From NCBI GenBank assembly GCA_951406725.2, contig OX597825.1, positions 54,932,001 through 54,996,000 of the forward strand: a stretch of 64,000 nucleotides of DNA, written 5' to 3'. The DNA comes from Octopus vulgaris. Taxonomy: Eukaryota. Of the stretch, positions 13,036 through 27,980 are shown in pieces. Made by a program: the position numbers and the translations under genes. Each line of letters opens with the position of its first letter. Positions within the stretch are counted from its first letter, which is position 1. The notes below the pieces were generated by a model that did no database searches, was not told the origin of the DNA, and saw only the letters and a program-made list of their open reading frames with translations.

Positions 13036-13369
13036 ATATAACAAGCAGAGCAAAATATAAAAACAGCAAAAGAAAATTTAAAAAAAAATAAAATAAAGCT
13101 TTGATAAAAGAAAACATGGCTTTTTTTTTAAACTACGCAATTTTTATGAAACAATAAAGACAGAAGAGAAAAACAGACACAAAGAAAGAACCTCCCCCCA
13201 CCTACAAACATAAACTGAAAAACAAAAGAAGATATTTGTGTAAAAAAAATCAGTTAATAATTCAATTGTTTCATGAAAAGAAGAAAATATAAAATTAAAT
13301 ACAAACAGATATACACATAAATGTTATGACATGGTATTCAGAAATGAAGATAATTAGCAATAATAATAA

Positions 13370-13452
<83 letters not shown>

Positions 13453-13773
13453 TGAAGAATGGTATATTTATAATAATAATAACAATAACGGCTATTAATG
13501 GCTTCTAACATCTTACATAATGAAGACTCTTAATGAAAATAATAAGAACAATAATAATAATATTAATAATAAGATTAATATAATAAAGATTATTAATAAA
13601 TAAATAAATGAAAATTTAATGATTATATTTACAACAACAACAGCAATAATAGTACATGTAATTTCAGAAAGGACAGTGACAATTCCACAATATTCTGCAA
13701 AATATAAACTACTCCAGCAATCAAATTTGAAAAATTGTTTAAATTAGTTAAGAAAGGAATAAGTAAAATTCAT

Positions 13774-13804
<31 letters not shown>

Positions 13805-13818
13805 ATCTGTGTGTGTGT

Positions 13819-13857
<39 letters not shown>

Positions 13858-13985
13858 TACGAGCAGACAACAGCAAATGGAAAATAAAACACTTGGCATT
13901 TCTGAAATTAAATGAAAGCCATCAAGTTTGAAGGATGTTATTGTAGCATTTAAGGAAAGATAAGAGAACAATATAAAATAAATTC

Positions 13986-14020
<35 letters not shown>

Positions 14021-14539
14021 CACATATATTGTATAGATATTAATGTATATGTTTATATATGCATTATATATATATATATATATATGCATACACATATCTA
14101 CATAAATATATGCAAACTTATTTATGTGCATGTGTATGTGTGTATGTATATATACATTTATAAATATTTGTACAGAGTTACAAACACACAGATAGATACA
14201 TACACACACATGAACATATATGAATACATAAAATGTATACCAGCATCGTTATCACTTTATATCTGCTTCTCCATGACGGCATGGGTTAAACAAGAATTTT
14301 CAAGGTAGTTTTTTCTAGGCCAGATACCCTCTCTTGTGCCAACCAATTTTTGTTGCCACTTTTGACATGCAGTGATACAGTATACTATTTCTAAAATACA
14401 TGCACACACATATACATGAATTAACGGACACATGTGAATTATCACATGTACGTAAGAAATAACACCAAGTGCACTACTCAGCATTTTGGGATATAATGTG
14501 CATAAACAATGAAGCACTCATGGCCCAAGAGAAAACTGC

Positions 14540-14860
14540 ATAAAAGAGAAATCTGACAGTGTTGTCAAGAGAAAGTTGTGTAGGTATGGAGGATATGAAG
14601 TGTGTGTAGAGGAGGATGATTAGACAAAGAAATGTCACATGATATATGTGTAAGAAAGTGGCAGAAGAGCTATGTTGAGGAACGTTTGGGAATAAGGGAT
14701 GTAAAGGGTGATCTCAGGGCACTGAATTTCATGGAGGAGATGATGTATGACTGCATCATGATATATGATATTGTGATGGGGAGGACATATCCACTCTGTA
14801 CGTATATACAAAAATGGATGTACAGTGGTGATGATGATGATGATACAGAGGAAGAGGAAT
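14540..14860 (+). mobile_element. Old RTE-like LINE 3' end
   Basis: Frame reading ...IRDVKGDLRALNFMEEMM... resembles the RTE C-terminus at 44955-45395; ends in (GAT)n. Confidence 0.45.
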
Positions 14861-15007
14861 GAGATATAGGCATCAAGTGCATGCATATATAATTATATAT
14901 ATACATAAAGAAGCACACACACACACAGAGGAAGAGAGTAACTCATAGATATTGAAGTATATACATATAGGTATGTGTGTATGTGTATCTATCTATTTAT
15001 CTATCTA

Positions 15008-15059
<52 letters not shown>

Positions 15060-15624
15060 ATTACATACATACATACATATATACATACATACATACATAC
15101 ATACAGACATATATGTATGTGATAGGGTGTATGCATGCATATGCATGTACACAAACTTATACACACACACACACACTTGCACAGAAGAAATTTTATTGTA
15201 AAGGAATTTACAAAATTATGAAATAGCTGCGATGATAATGTTTAGAAGCATTCACATCACAGGGCTACATTTGTATACATTGAATGCAAATGAAGGTATT
15301 TCCTTCGATAAATATAAAACAACAGAATCCAACTTCCTTTATGTGGATTGAAACCATATATTTGAATAAACATTACCACATAAGATGGTATAAAAATCCA
15401 CATTATCATGATAAAGTATTGAGAAGTGACATGAAGCATTTCACATCAAACTAAATAGGTGTATTTAGGAAGAACAGGCAGAAATAAAGATAAAATTTTT
15501 CTTAGTACTGGGGCATACACAAATTATACTAAGGTTAAATTTGTTAATTTAACAGAGGGTAAGTAAACTGTGCCCCATAAGGTGCTAATATTAGCTACAG
15601 TGGTAATATTTTCACTCTATACAA

Positions 15625-15840
15625 CAGTGAGCTGGCAGAATTGTTAGCATGCTGGGGAAAATGCTTAGCAACATTTTTATCTGTCATTATGTTCCAAATT
15701 CAAATTCTGCCATGGTTGACTTTGCCTTTCATCCCTTCAGGGTCAATTAAGTAAGTACCAGTTGAACACTGGGATTGATGTAATCAACTTATTCCATCCC
15801 CGAAATCGCTGGCCTTGTGGCAAAATTTGAAACCAATATT
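15625..15840 (+). mobile_element. Family-A SINE
   Basis: gtgagctggcagaattgttagcatg...tttgcctttcatcccttcagggtcaattaagtaagtaccagtt...ggccttgtggcaaaatttgaaacc. Confidence 0.8.
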
Positions 15841-16525
15841 TTCGCAGAATTACACAGTATTGTAAATGACATACCAGATTTTACTGCACCACAATGAAAA
15901 TAGATGCACATTTAACATTTAAATCTATGTCTAGAAAAATTTACCCCATGCCACAGTCAGGCTAAATCTGCAGTCAATTTCTGCCATTTTATGTTAAATT
16001 TACCAATTTAGCCTCTTGTACATTGGTTAGAAGCTGCTTACTATAACTGTACTGCATCAACCTCAAATATATACCTTGTAAATATAAAATCATGTATTTA
16101 AATGTTATGATCATATTTATTCCATTTTATCCTTACATAAGTGGTCAACCTTTTGCTTTTGTGGAGTTTTTACAATACAAATTCCAAAAGTATATTGAAT
16201 GTGAGAAATAATTTTTCCTCTGTGTATTTATATGTGCATGTTCCACCTATAAATACACACTGCCATCCAATGCACTGAGCAGTGCAGGAGAAACTAAAGC
16301 TTACACACATTACAAAAAATATACATATATCTGGATAGGCAGAAACATACATACACACTTTTATGAATATAAGCATATATATGTAAACACATAACTACAC
16401 ACACACACATATATTTATACATACACACATAAATATATGTATACACATAACTATACACACACACATGCACTCACATATATATATATATATAATTTAATGC
16501 CCATGTTCCATAACTACATACAAAC

Positions 16526-16574
<49 letters not shown>

Positions 16575-17294
16575 AACATACATAAATGCACACTTATATG
16601 CATATACATACATTGTTTGGACAACCTCAACTCTAAATCTAACTGATATCGTATAATATTTTGGTAAACACACTAAATTGATATGCATTTCAGCTTCCAA
16701 AGCCTCTTCAGTAGAGGTCGGTGTCACAGTGATACTACCAGTCAACTGGGTTCAGGGAAGAATATATTTCAAAGGAAAATTCATAGTGTGGGTATAAAAG
16801 TTGCTATGTTATGCTGTGTATATCATAGAGCTATATATAGTTGTTAGAAGGAAATCAATTGAATGAAAAATGATTTAAAGTTGATGAAATTGTAAGAATT
16901 TTTTTATCTCATCCTCAAAGCAAAACATTCTAAATTTCTAAATTTCATTTTCTGACTTTTTTCTTCTCTTCAGTGACTTGTTTAGGATTAAATCCATTTT
17001 ATGTAATTCTAATAAGTTGAGGTAGATAGTGGATTGCAGTTTCCACTCATTATAAACCTTGATTCATAATAAGAAAATATATTTAATTCTAATGAAAGTA
17101 GTGAAAAGAAGATAGATGTGTGGAGAGAAACAAAAACAGACTGTTCTACCTTCAGAATGAAAGAAAAAGTAATTCTAATTTTATCCACATCAAATCCCTC
17201 TTTCTAGTTAATTGATATATTTTTAATTGAAATATTTTAGCATTTTTTCTATTAATTTTTGAGAATAATAAATAATGACAAATTTAAACCAATA

Positions 17295-17508
17295 TTGATT
17301 TCAAATTGTGGCACAAGACCAGCAATTCCGTGGGATGGGCTAAATTGATTACACAGACCCCAGTGTTCAACTGGTACTTAATTTATCGTCTTTGAAAGGA
17401 TGAAAGGCAAAGTCAAGCTCAGCAGAATTTGAACTCAGAATGTAATGACAGACAAAATTCCACCAAGCATTTTACCTGACATACTAATGTTTCTGCCAGC
17501 TTGGTGCC
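17295..17508 (-). mobile_element. Family-A SINE
   Basis: Reverse complement of the same consensus (ctggtacttaatttatcg...aggatgaaaggcaaagtc...agaatttgaactcagaa). Confidence 0.8.
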
Positions 17509-18866
17509 TTTTTTAATCATATAATATTGTCAGTATTAAGTTGGTGTTGGAAATATGTGTTTACATGAAAGCTCAATGGAAAGTGTTTAATTTAAGTCAG
17601 TTTAAAATAGCAAGTTTGTACCACAGCACCAGGGTGGCCTCAGGTGGATTGACATCAGAAAAGCTAAACTGTTTTTCATCTACATTAGTTCTTCTTAACA
17701 AGTATACACAACTTTGTCCATGACATATGCAACACAAGTACCATACACAGGCCATGAAATATTCCTTGACTCAGAACTGCATTACTTAATGTCCATAGAA
17801 ATTAGAAAAATACTTTTGTGTGTGTGAGTGCGTGGCACACACACATAATTATACAATGGACTTCCACGCACTTTCTATCTATTGAGTTCTCTCAAGAGCA
17901 TTTGCCAATCTGGTGCTATGATGACATATACCCATGGTGCCACAACAATAGAACTGAATCCAAAACTATTTGATTGTAAAGCAAACTTCTTACCCACACA
18001 CCCAACCCTGTATCTTTCTAACAGATTCACTTAGAATTGCATTACTTGATATTTCACAGAAATAAGAAAAGCACATTTATTCAGAAGTACTTAAGCTTTG
18101 CAATGAAACTGTTTAACTGAAGCATTTCTTAGTAAACTGACCTAAACTGACCATCTCAATATATTTTTTACAGCAATACTTGCACTGCTCTTCAATCACT
18201 CATTCTAAGACTTTATTTACTCTTCATTTCTTACTCTTAACACAACAGATTTGATTTACCCTGTCAGTGGCCATGATTTCTTCCCTCATATAGCATTAAT
18301 CCATTTGATACCAACCTCACTATAAAACACCCTGATTCTGTGATATAAATCTCCTGTTTTAAGGAAATCTAAATGAAACCCATCCATCAAAACTTCAGGC
18401 TAATTTATATTTCAAACACCAGCTTGAAAATACCCCATTTAGTAAATCCTTCCTTGTTTTCAAAATGAATTGAAACAAAAGAAGTGTACCTCAACAGAAA
18501 TATGATTAAAAAAGGAGGTTAACTACAGCCTAATGTCATAAACTAAGAAACAAGTGAACCATATTTAAATATATTACGTGTTCTACTCTCATCTAGTTTT
18601 AATTCCATACTCACCTTTTACATTGAGGGTGAAAATATCAAATACCTGCCATGTATATTGTAGAATCCTATAGTGGGATACAATCAGTGATTTATAAATA
18701 AGTTATTCCTAAATTTTGCTTTCAGTAGTAATTTCTTTAAAAGATTAGCTCCAACTTTTGATTTTACGATGATTTGTACAGTCTTTGATATTGTGTCTCA
18801 TAACACTTAAGTTCAGTCATGTATTAACAGTCTCAGAGAAAGAAGCTAATTTTCATTTTGATGAAG

Positions 18867-19036
18867 TGACGTGTCTGTTTATAACCAATGTGTTGAATTG
18901 CTCAATCTCACCAGCTTCCCTCAACAGATCTGTTCTTTTCCATCATGTGATGCTCTGTTTTGCTCTGCAAAGAGCAAGAAGACTCCCAACAGTACAGGTT
19001 TCACAAAAAGTAACCCGTATACACTGCAAGTGTCAG
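18867..19036 (+). CDS. Candidate exon (DVSVYNQCVELLNLTSFPQQICSFPSCDALFCSAKSKKTPNSTGFTKSNPYTLQVS)
   Basis: gctaattttcattttgatgaag| acceptor (alternative cag| ending at 18927) and perfect donor CAG|gtaagt at 19036/37. 56-codon open frame; the phase-2 start fits 8010-8069 and the phase-1 end fits 19632. Confidence 0.45.
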
Positions 19037-19631
19037 GTAAGTGATTTGACAGCAACAATGTAAAGTTTAGAACTCAGAAATCTTTCTGATGTCAAAGCAA
19101 CTTCTACAGAGCTGGTGCCCAGTACACAGTGTAAAGTGGTTGGTGTTAGAAAGGACATCCAGCCATAGAAACAATGCCAAAAGTGAAACATAGGAGGAAG
19201 ACATAGTTTTCTCACCCTTGAAATTTTGTCAAACAGTCCAATGCATAGAACATAGTGATGATATTGTTGGTGATAATGATGATGATGATAATGTTGAATA
19301 ATGAACTCTGTTACCATAGAAGGTATTTGCTGAGACAATTCAATTGCGATAAGTGTGTAATTTACTTGTAAAATTTACAAATAATGATGCAATATTTTTT
19401 CCGTTTTCTGAAGTAAGTTTAATTAATTCAATTAATTCAACAGTAATTCGATAAATATAAAAACTAGTTTCTAAATGTATTAATTTTGAATTTATTATAC
19501 AATCTAAATATTTATAAATATAAATCTATCTTGAACTTATATCAATTATTAAATTTCTTTCTACCATTATTTTCATTAATTTAATATTAATTAAATTTTT
19601 ATTACATAAGACTTGAAATACCTTTTTACAG

Positions 19632-19639
19632 ATGAATAG
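19632..19639 (+). CDS. Candidate terminal coding exon (..D E stop)
   Basis: atacctttttacag|AT GAA TAG completes G+AT from the 19036 donor. AATAAA lies near 19666. Confidence 0.35.
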
Positions 19640-20063
19640 CTAAAATTCTCAAAGAACACAATGGAAATAAATGCTGAAGTGATAGTTCTTGAGGAACTTT
19701 GAAGTAGAAATACAAATTAGAAAATATGTGGAACTGTAGAACCAGTAGCATTCTAAAGGAGGAAGTATAACAAATCTTTGATGCAATACCAATCTATTTT
19801 CCCTCTTTTACATAAAGAATGCCATTCATCTGTTAAATTTGTAACAAATATTTGTTAAATGAAAGAATTAAGCCAACTAAATTAAAGAGACATCATGATA
19901 GGCACTGACCAGGCTGTGTGGTCAAGAAGTTTTCTTCCCAACAGCATGGTTTCGGATTCAGTCCTAGTTTGTGGCATCTCCTACTATAGTCTCAAGCCAA
20001 CCAAAGACTTGTGAGTGAATTTGATGAGTGGAAACTGAAAGAAGGGCTCTGTCTATCTGGCAC

Positions 20064-20096
<33 letters not shown>

Positions 20097-20174
20097 ATGC
20101 GTGCATCTCCCAGCCTTGACTTGGCATAATGATTGTAAACGTGAGTCGCTGTGATACAAACAGTCATTCATTTC

Positions 20175-20469
20175 CAAGGAAAGTTCCCCTCTGAGACACA
20201 AGTCTGGGCAAGGTTGTTTAAGGAAGACCAGCAGTTACCTATGCATACCAGCCTCCCCTCCCCACATCACCAATGTTATCCAAGGGAAAAGCAAAGGCCG
20301 ATACAACTTGGTACCAGTGACATTGCATTTCAGTTCTATTGTTGAATGAACTGGAACAACATGAAATAATGTGTTGTGCTCAAGAACACAACTCACAGCC
20401 TGGTCCAGGAATTGAACTCACTATCTCATGATTGTGAGCCTGATGCTCTAACCACTGAGCCATGTGCCT
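20175..20469 (-). mobile_element. tRNA-derived SINE (family C)
   Basis: The minus strand starts aggcacatggctcagtggttagagc...gagttcaattcc (A and B boxes). A close copy is at 35487-35810. Confidence 0.8.
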
Positions 20470-20529
20470 TTACATTTCCAGTATTCTGCAAAAAGATATC
20501 TAGCCATGGCAAAGTATTACTTTGCCTGA

Positions 20530-21000
20530 GGTGTTTGGGATAGAGCAGGGAAGACATAAAAATATTAATGATGAGGAAACTGGATGGATCCTTTAAGTAC
20601 AAGGTGAGTACAAGTGATTAGGACAGAACCAGGAAAGCGGGTGGGCAGGGGTCTATGGGAGAGTGAGAGATGAGGAATTGATGAGGTAGTGAACAAGAGG
20701 TGAGTGGATGCAAAGTGGTAGGGAGGGAAGAGTAGGTGACAACTGTAAAGACTGAATAGAGTTGATAGGTGGATGCAAAGAATGGTGAATAAGGAGTAGA
20801 GGTGACCTATGAAGCATGGTGAGGAAGAGTAATAGAATATAGAGGAGATGCAAGAGAAAGATGAGGACAAGTGGTTGGGTAGTTTGCATGGGTTGAGTTT
20901 GGGAGGAATGGAGAGGCAAATATCATGCATGGGAAGAATGTGAGACATGGTGACGAAGAAGGTGAGAAAATGGTGGTAAGAGGTGGGGTGGGCAATAAGC
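20530..21000 (-). mobile_element. Highly degenerate Penelope-like (GIY-YIG region) remnant
   Basis: CT-rich minus strand with FPC...PFLPNST and HLSSSFSCISSIFYYSSSPCFIG, resembling the PLE motif FPC..C..CPF..NT / FTCTSSNIIYCISC..C..YIG. Confidence 0.3.
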
Positions 21001-21893
21001 TATAGGATTAAAGTTTATCAGGCCTTTACTACATACAAAAGTATGAGTGGCTATCAATGAGATGAGTTTTTAGATGACTGGTACACACACAAAAATAAAG
21101 CAATTTTTTGACACATTTTTGATTTTTCTTCTGAAAAGAACCTTACTCTTACAGAATTCTTTTCTGATAAGAGCTGGCTTTGCAGACATTAAATTTGAGA
21201 ACTCAGTTTTTAATTATTTAAAATTATCTCCCATCTTCCTTGAGAGTCACTAATAATTTTCAGCACCTAGATGAACTGTGAAGAAAGATGAAGCCAGAGT
21301 TGTGGATGTGCATGTGTGTATATTTACTTTTAATTATAATACTTTTAATTTTATCTGTTTTCCAATATAATTTAGTCACTCATTATCTGTAATGTAAGCA
21401 AACAAAACAAATGATAAAAATTTTCAGTTTATCACCCCCTCCTCATTTTTATATAGCTTTGTTTCATTTATGACATCACATTTGATAACATTCTCATATG
21501 TGTTTCTACAGCATGAATGGATGAATCCTGCCAATAATAAACAAATCATTATTATCATTATTATTATTATTATTATTATTATTAGAATAATAAATTATTA
21601 CTATTATTAAAACACATTTGTTGTATTTTCTGGGGCCGGAATACTTTTTTTTGTTTGTCTTTTTTTAGATTTTTGCATTTGGTTTTTGTGAAAATACTTA
21701 TAAGAAATTATTAAAATAATTAAAAAAAGGAATAATTAAATTTATACTATCATCAAATAATATAAACAAAGAAATACATAAATGTAAATTGCCACACACA
21801 CACACATATATACATATATGTATATTATATATATATACATATACATACATACATATACATATATGGATATACATATACATAGATATACATATG

Positions 21894-21928
<35 letters not shown>

Positions 21929-22445
21929 GTATGTATGTATGTATGCATGTATGTATATGTAAAATGATTAAATAAATAGACCTAAAAAAATTAAATAAAT
22001 AAATATATGACCTGAAAGGAAATAAACTCAATTCAATTATTATTTTGGAAGGAAAAAGAAAGAAAAAAATATTATTATAACATGAAATATATTAAAACAC
22101 ATTTTTAAAATTAAAAATAAAATCAAACAGAAATATAGACATAAATAGATTTAACATATAATAGAAGAAAATGTTTTAAGCAGTTAGGGTCAATAAAATA
22201 CATATTGTTTATTATATAATGTGAATCGAATATTGTTGTAAACAAGTTTCATCTCCAGAAAGAGGCATGCAACTGCATTAGGACTGAAAAGGGTGTTTTG
22301 AGATGTAAAAGCAGAAATGATGTTATTTGATAACAAATGTTCTTTGATTATAGGTTGCAGTATAGAGGCTAAAATATAGATTAACTATTGAAAAGAATTC
22401 TATATTTTCAGTTTACTGTTTCATAGTTGACCAGCATTGGAACTG

Positions 22446-22458
22446 TGACCTATGACCT
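22446..22458 (-). promoter_or_regulatory. Perfect DR1 nuclear-receptor element AGGTCA-T-AGGTCA
   Basis: The plus strand reads TGACCTATGACCT in non-repetitive sequence; function is untested. Confidence 0.3.
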
Positions 22459-23715
22459 TTCTGGGGGTTTTATTATTATTTATTTATTTATTTTTCTTTT
22501 AGGCAGACGAATTCTTTTTAAAATTAAATTCTATAAAATATTTGTTCTGTTTCTATGAAGTTAAAGCAAAATTGTTTAAAAGGAAATTTTTGCTACTGTT
22601 TCTAGTGAGTTCTGAGAAAGCATTAAGGTGCCTTGTTGAATAATGTTAGCTCACTTTTAAAACAGATTGCAGCAGCAAGAGCAATAGCAGTAGTAGCTGC
22701 AGCAATGAAAATAATGGTGGTGGCAGTAGTGGGTATTGTGGTGTTTGTGGTAGAGTGGGAATAGAATTTATACAACACACACTCACACACGTAAATATAT
22801 ACATATGCATGTATTTGTGTCTGTGCACACACACACACATATATATATAATATACACACTAAGTAAATGAGGAAAAGGTAAGTAAGCAGAATTCAGGTTC
22901 TATAGGTATTCAATATTCAATCCAGTTCTTCTGCAGAACCAGAATCCCAGCATATTATTACAGAGCTTGCACAATCTATGTTACCCAACTGACATCTATT
23001 TCATTTCATTTCTAAATCTGCTTAAGAGCTCATTCATATGTCACCTTGATAAATTTCTCTGTGAAATTCAAGACAAGCATCTATGTCCCACACCTGGATA
23101 TATTTCTATATTTACTCAAATATTCGATCCTAAATCAAATTAAATAAATCTGTTTCGATATGGTTATATTATTTATTTAGTTATGATTCAGTGATCATTT
23201 AACAAATAGAAACAAGCATGGCTATGTGGTTGAGCAGTTTGCTTCTTAAGCACATGGTCTTGGGTTTAGAGTTGTACCATGTATGAGTGTGTTCTACTAT
23301 AGTTTCAAATCAATTAAAGGTTTGTGGGTGCAAGTGATACAAGGAAGGTGTTATGAAGGGCATTTAGCCATAAAAACCATGCCAAAATAGACAGTGGAGT
23401 TTCATACAGTACTCTGGTTTGCCAGCTCCTCTCAAACCATCATGCCAGCATGGAAGACAGATGTTAAGTGATGATGATGATGATGATGATTATATGTGTA
23501 TGTATGTGTGTGTGTGTGTAAAGTTAAGCTATAAGGTGTAGGAAGTTAGTGAGTTTCAAGCAGCCCATAGAAGATGTAAAAAACAACTTTCAGGAATAGT
23601 TTTCTATTGGCCTATAAGGTTACAAATGTTTCTTGTATCGAAGTATGATAAGCTGGGAAAAGAGTATTTTATAGTTCAAGGTTAGCAAATGGTGTTGCTG
23701 TATATGTGAATAGAC

Positions 23716-23816
23716 ATCCCAAATTAGGGAATGGAGTAGATAAAATCCTGGCTACAGGTTTTTGATAGCAATGAAACATATGTAACCTGGATTTTATCTA
23801 CTCCATTCCCTAATTT

Positions 23817-23821
<5 letters not shown>
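23716..23821. repeat. Perfect 33-bp inverted repeat (fold-back element) abutting (TA)n
   Basis: atcccaaattagggaatggagtagataaaatcc (23716-23748) and its exact reverse complement (23789-23821). Confidence 0.95.
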
Positions 23822-26370
<2,549 letters not shown>

Positions 26371-26434
26371 CTTACGGAGATGTATTTGCATAGCAAGTGA
26401 CTTGATCTGAGATCGTGTGCTGGAACGAAAACAA

Positions 26435-26656
26435 TTGCAGCATGGAAGGTGTTTATAAGACATTTAAGAAACACACAACAACTGTTAGATTCACTTCAAC
26501 ATTTAAATTTTATTTCGTCAAAATATTTTTGTCACTTTGAGACCGCGACTTGTTTACTGACAAAATATTTTGACAAAATAAAATTTAAATGTTGAAGTGA
26601 ATCAAACGGTTTTTGTCTCTTTCTTAAATGGCTTACAAACGCCCTCCATGCTGCAA
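26435..26656. repeat. ~100-bp-arm inverted repeat (probable Penelope-derived fold-back)
   Basis: Arms 26435-26534 and 26558-26656 are imperfect reverse complements (e.g. gattcacttcaacatttaaatttt / aaaatttaaatgttgaagtgaatc). Confidence 0.9.
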
Positions 26657-26919
26657 ATGACCATAGAAAGTGCGAGCCCTCTAACTGAAAAATTGTGGAT
26701 TTGTATAAAGGACACACACACAGACATTTTGACGTTTATATATATAGATATATATATATATTGTGACGCATATTTGCCATTTGAATATGGCTAACCCCTA
26801 AGGGTGGATGCTACTGTAGTTTGTAGCCCCAGGAAGATATCTCCTCCAGCTGGCTATAGACACACTATCTGTGTCCTCTCAGTATTTGTGAAGGGGAGTC
26901 ATCCTCCCCGTCTTCAACT

Positions 26920-26980
26920 CATGATACACACGGACCCGAGTTTCAAGGTGTTTACCTTTCATCAGCGTGTGACAATCATG
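26920..26980 (-). ncRNA. Type I hammerhead ribozyme with intact core, in a short non-coding Penelope-derived element (~26761-27015)
   Basis: Minus strand: CATGAT-TGT-CACACG CTGATGA AAGG-TAAACA-CCTT GAAAC-TCGG-GTC CGTGTG-T-ATCATG. All conserved core nucleotides are present, with a 6-bp stem I plus 6-bp extension, a 4-bp stem II and a GUC cleavage triplet. Confidence 0.85.
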
Positions 26981-27099
26981 GTTGTCGACGAGAAGTCAGC
27001 TCCCTTCACAAATACATATACTTTTTCCAGTGTCGATTGACACTGATATTGAAAAAGTGAAATCAAACAATGATAAATCTCAGAGCGAGTTATAAACGT

Positions 27100-27478
27100 A
27101 ATTGGTGCCATGCCGGTGGCACATAAGGAGCACCATTCGAGCAGGGGCATTGCCACTGCTGCCTGGCTGGCTCTTGTGCCAGTGACACATAAAAGGCACC
27201 ATTTGAATGGGGTCATTGCCAGTGCCACCAAACTGGTTCCCATGCTGGTGGCATTTAAAATGAACCATTCAGGCATGGTCGGTGCCCTCATACCAGTGGC
27301 ACATAAAAAGCACCCACTACACTCTCGGAGTGGTTGGCGTTAGGAAGGGCATCTAGCTGTAGAAACTTTGCCAGATCAGACTGGAACATTGTGCAACCTT
27401 CTGGCATGTCAGTCCTCAGTTAAACTGTCCAACTCATGCCAGTATGGAAAATGGACGTGAAATGATGATAATGATGAT
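27100..27478 (+). mobile_element. RTE-type LINE/SINE 3' tail
   Basis: Tandem ccagtggcacataaaaagcacc units, then ggagtggttggcgttaggaagggcatc...atggaaaatggacgt...(GAT)n. The same tail follows RTE coding sequence at 44955-45395. Confidence 0.8.
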
Positions 27479-27718
27479 TTATGCTGTGCCCTTGAGCAAG
27501 ACACTTTATTTCACATTGCTCCAGTCCACTCATCTGACAAAAGTGAGTAGTGCCTATCTCACACTGAAAATTACTGAGAACTATGTTAAGAGTACACATG
27601 TCTGTGGAGTGCTCAGCCTCTTGCAGGTTAATTTTCATGAGCAAGCTGTTCCGTTGATTGTATCAGCTGCGACCCTCATTGTCATGACCAACGGAGTGCT
27701 CCTAATATATTATATATG

Positions 27719-27767
<49 letters not shown>

Positions 27768-27980
27768 CTGTATATATACATATATATGTACACAAACATA
27801 TATATATATATATATATATATTATTTATGTATATAGAAGATATATAATATTTATATATTATATATATAATATGTATATATAATATATTATATATATCTAT
27901 TACATATATAATATTTATGTATTATATAAATAATACGTATATATAATTTATTATATATATCTATTAGATATATAATATTT

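Noticed and set aside
27100-27315. Short direct repeats with spacers resembling a CRISPR array (also 55950-56190 and 54025-54160)
   Set aside because: Degenerate internal tandem units of the RTE-type tail in a eukaryotic genome; the spacers are related to each other and there are no cas genes.
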